11,364 bases of DNA from Candidatus Methylomirabilia bacterium. Lineage in GTDB: Bacteria; Methylomirabilota; Methylomirabilia; Rokubacteriales; CSP1-6. Under the pieces are notes generated by a model. It was given only the letters and a program-made list of their open reading frames with translations. It ran no database searches and was not told where the DNA came from. Made by a program: the position numbers and the translations under genes. Positions 9,316 to 11,364 of the stretch are shown here, in pieces. The stretch is taken from the NCBI GenBank assembly GCA_041492755.1, contig JBGPXN010000153.1, forward strand, positions 1 through 11,364, in the 5' to 3' direction. Every line of letters starts with the position of its first letter. Position 1 is the stretch's first letter.

Positions 9316-10181
9316 CGAAGCCGCTCCAGCACTCGCAGCTTGGCGCTCCGGGCGCGAGGGTTCGCCCGCACCTCGTCGTCCCCGGGGCCCAGGGGCGACG
9401 GCTCGATCTCGGCGAATCCCGCCGGACCGAGCGCTCGGAACGTTCGCTTCACGATGCGATCGTCGCCCGAATGAAAAGAGATGACTCCGAGTCGACCGCC
9501 TTCGGCCAGCAGCTCCGGCGCGTCGCGGAGCGCCTGGCCGAGGGCGCCGGGCTCGTCGTTGACGGCCATGCGAATGGCCTGGAACGTCCGGGTCGCGACG
9601 TGAATGCGCCGGGGCCAGGCGGGACGCGGAACGCCGCTCCGCACCGCGGCCACAAGATCGGCGGTCGTGCGCAGCGGGCGGCGCCGCACGATGGCGCGGG
9701 CGATGCGGCGGGCGTGGGGCTCGTCGCCGTACTCGTGGATCAGGCGCGCCAGCTCGGCTTCGGGGAGCCGGTTGAGGAGGGCAGCCGCGGTGTCCGGACC
9801 GTCGGGATCCAGGCGCATGTCGAGTGGCTCGTCGCCCTGGAAGGAAAAGCCGCGGCCCGATTCGTCGAGCTGGTACGAGGACACGCCGAGATCGAGCAGG
9901 ATCGCCTGGGCGCGCTCGACGCTCGCCGCACGCGCGGTCGCCTCGAGCTCGCGGAAGCTGGCGCGAACCAGGCGCGCGCGGTCGCCGAAGCGACGCAGGC
10001 GCTCGCCGGCCCGCGCGAGCGCGGCGGGATCGACGTCGAGCCCGAGCAGGCGCACGTCCTCGCCGCTCCGCTCCAGGATCGCCTCCGCGTGTCCGCCCAT
10101 TCCCACCGTCCCGTCGATCACCCAGCCCGCGCGCGGCCGCAGCAGAAACGCGACCTCTTCCACGAGGACCGGAACGTGAAC
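9312..10181 (-). CDS. rsmH: 16S rRNA m4C1402 methyltransferase RsmH (MraW); start codon uncertain
   Basis: C-terminal part of ORF 9312..10700: HVPVL, DGTVGMGGHA, LLDLGVSSYQLD, RGFSF, PLDMRLD, ATRTFQAIRMAVNDE, ISFHSGDDRIVK, NPRARSAKLR. The 5' coordinate is set at the GTT codon before HVPVL; the first canonical GTG is at 10163. Confidence 0.93.
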   Translation of the reverse strand, partial: VHVPVLVEEVAFLLRPRAGWVIDGTVGMGGHAEAILERSGEDVRLLGLDVDPAALARAGERLRRFGDRARLVRASFRELEATARAASVERAQAILLDLGVSSYQLDESGRGFSFQGDEPLDMRLDPDGPDTAAALLNRLPEAELARLIHEYGDEPHARRIARAIVRRRPLRTTADLVAAVRSGVPRPAWPRRIHVATRTFQAIRMAVNDEPGALGQALRDAPELLAEGGRLGVISFHSGDDRIVKRTFRALGPAGFAEIEPSPLGPGDDEVRANPRARSAKLRVLERLR

Positions 10182-10183
10182 CG

Positions 10184-10627
10184 CTACACTCCCAGGGCAG
10201 CCAGCTTGTCGAAGAGCGTCGGCAGCTTCGGCTGCTCGTTGCGCTCGTACTCGTCGAACCGCTGCCGGTCCCAGACTTCGAAGAACCGCCGCCCACCGCC
10301 GACGAGCGTGACGTCTTTCGCGAGCAACGCCTGCTGGCGCGCATCGGGCGGCACGAGGATGCGACCCGCGCCGTCGAGCGTCACGTCCTTCGCGCGCGAG
10401 ATGTAGAGTCGGCTGATCTCCCGCACCTCGGCGCTGAACATCGATTGCCCGTCGAGCTTCGCCTCGATGCGCTCCCAGTCCTCCAGCGTATGCACCTCGA
10501 GGCAGTGGTCGTTCGGCACCACGACCAGGTTGCCGTCGGAGTGGGACGCGAGCAGGCCCCGGAACTTCGCCGGGATGCTCAAGCGCCCCTTCGGGTCGAT
10601 CGTGTGCTGATAGCGTCCTCGAAACAT
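10184..10627 (-). CDS. mraZ: Transcriptional regulator MraZ (147 aa)
   Basis: MFRGRYQHTIDPKGRLSIPAKFR, second repeat LDGAGRILVP and FEVWD; two SpoVT/AbrB-like DxxGR motifs; first gene of the dcw operon. Confidence 0.97.
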   Translation of the reverse strand: MFRGRYQHTIDPKGRLSIPAKFRGLLASHSDGNLVVVPNDHCLEVHTLEDWERIEAKLDGQSMFSAEVREISRLYISRAKDVTLDGAGRILVPPDARQQALLAKDVTLVGGGRRFFEVWDRQRFDEYERNEQPKLPTLFDKLAALGV

Positions 10628-10649
10628 GTTCGTCTCTGGGGGCTGGGTA

Positions 10650-10675
10650 CCACTTCATCCCACTTCGCCCCACTT
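10650..10675 (-). promoter_or_regulatory. MraZ operator: three AAGTGG direct repeats at 10-bp period
   Basis: The minus strand reads AAGTGGGGCG-AAGTGGGATG-AAGTGGTACC (ccactt at 10670, 10660 and 10650 on +), between the promoter and the mraZ ATG. This matches the known GTGG/TGGG repeated boxes bound by MraZ. Confidence 0.88.
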
Positions 10676-10684
10676 GATGGGCCG

Positions 10685-10713
10685 AGAGTACAATTGCCAA
10701 TCCGTCCGGTCAA
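10685..10713 (-). promoter_or_regulatory. Sigma70-type promoter of the dcw operon
   Basis: Minus strand: TTGACC (10713-10708), a 17-nt spacer GGACGGATTGGCAATTG, then TACTCT (10690-10685). An AT-rich tract lies immediately upstream and the MraZ boxes start 10 nt downstream. Confidence 0.8.
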
Positions 10714-10745
10714 GGGAAAAAGCACGATTTTTTTAACGAAAATCG
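10714..10745 (-). promoter_or_regulatory. AT-rich UP-element-like tract containing an inverted repeat
   Basis: The minus strand reads CGATTTTCGTTAAAAAAATCGTGCTTTTTCCC directly upstream of the -35; it is the most AT-rich stretch I see in the window. Confidence 0.55.
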
Positions 10746-10947
10746 CTGCCCAGCCCGCCAACGACCCGTAGGGCTGGCGATGGGTCTGTCCCACCGTGGA
10801 TGGGGGATTCCGAGCGCCAGGCCCCTGGAGACCCGAGGGGAAGGTCTACGGTCCTACCAAGGGCGACGTCGGACGAGCGGCAAGATTTCGGGTGCGACTC
10901 GCCGGCGCGGTGGGTCTTGGGGGCCCTTCGCGGTCGGTCGCCCTGAC

Positions 10948-11364
10948 CTACCGAGCCTGGTAGTACTTCATCGCTTCCGGAATCCAGCTCTCGATCTGCC
11001 TCACCCGCGTGGCCGGCAACGGGTGCGTGGAGAGGAACTCGGGCGGCGACGACCCGCCAGAGCGCTGACCCATGCGACTCCACAAATCGCGCGCCGCCGT
11101 GGGCGCATATCCGGCCTTTGCCATGTAGATGAGGCCGAGATGGTCGGCTTCGGACTCCTGCTGGCGGCTCCACGGCAGGATCAGACCGACGCTGGCGCCC
11201 GCCCCGAGGAGCGACGTGACGGTCTGGACGGTGCGCGGATCGTTGCGCGCGAGCGCCGCCTGCGTCGCCGCCAACCCGGTCTGCACGAGCAGGCTCTGGC
11301 TCATGCGCTCGCCGCCGTGGCGCGCGATCGCGTGCGCGACCTCGTGCCCGAGCACGGCGGCGAG
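10948..11364 (-). CDS. M48-family zinc metallopeptidase (LoiP/Oma1-like), 3' part only
   Basis: The frame is open to the window edge: LAAVLGHEVAHAIARH (HExxH), PWSRQQESEADHLG (third-ligand ExxAD), AGYAP and EFLSTHP motifs; TAG at 10950-10948. Confidence 0.93.
   Translation of the reverse strand, partial: LAAVLGHEVAHAIARHGGERMSQSLLVQTGLAATQAALARNDPRTVQTVTSLLGAGASVGLILPWSRQQESEADHLGLIYMAKAGYAPTAARDLWSRMGQRSGGSSPPEFLSTHPLPATRVRQIESWIPEAMKYYQAR

Noticed and set aside
9316..10344. Apparent long N-terminal extension of FtsL (ORF 8947..10344), and the competing ORF 8952..9293
   Set aside because: The extension is an off-frame read of rsmH/mraZ. The ATGA-coupled start at 9315 gives a normal FtsL, and 8952..9293 lacks a TM helix and coiled coil.
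10650..10675. Short direct repeats as a CRISPR array or iteron
   Set aside because: Only three 6-bp units at 10-bp period, fully explained as MraZ boxes.
81..10771. Long plus-strand ORFs (e.g. 421..1737, 1442..3103, 2886..5528, 5537..6916, 6747..9050, 9279..10406)
   Set aside because: Antisense shadows of well-conserved dcw genes. Stop codons are scarce in high-GC DNA and the translations have no recognisable motifs.
10746..10947. RNase P RNA, tRNA or a known riboswitch upstream of mraZ
   Set aside because: Too short for rnpB and lacks its GAGGAAAGTCC signature; no tRNA cloverleaf or riboswitch consensus that I can recognise.
10579..11173. ORFs 10579..10794 and 10733..11173 spanning the intergenic region
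   Set aside because: They overlap the promoter/operator and neighbouring genes and show no protein-like features; probably spurious.

Overview
High-GC window holding the 5' part of a bacterial division/cell-wall (dcw) operon, entirely on the minus strand. In transcription order: 3' end of an M48 metallopeptidase gene, a ~320 bp intergenic region with a clear sigma70-type promoter and three 10-bp-periodic MraZ boxes, then mraZ-rsmH-ftsL-ftsI(PASTA)-murE-murF-mraY-murD-ftsW-murC (murC runs off the left edge and is absent from the ORF track). This is core housekeeping DNA: I see no mobile element, CRISPR array, RNA gene or defence system, and I cannot support a claim of a new biological system. 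The real departures from the textbook operon are three. murG is missing, with ftsW overlapping murC directly. rsmH has no canonical start codon in front of its conserved N-terminal HVPVL motif. A 16-codon micro-ORF exactly bridges the mraY stop and the murD start.
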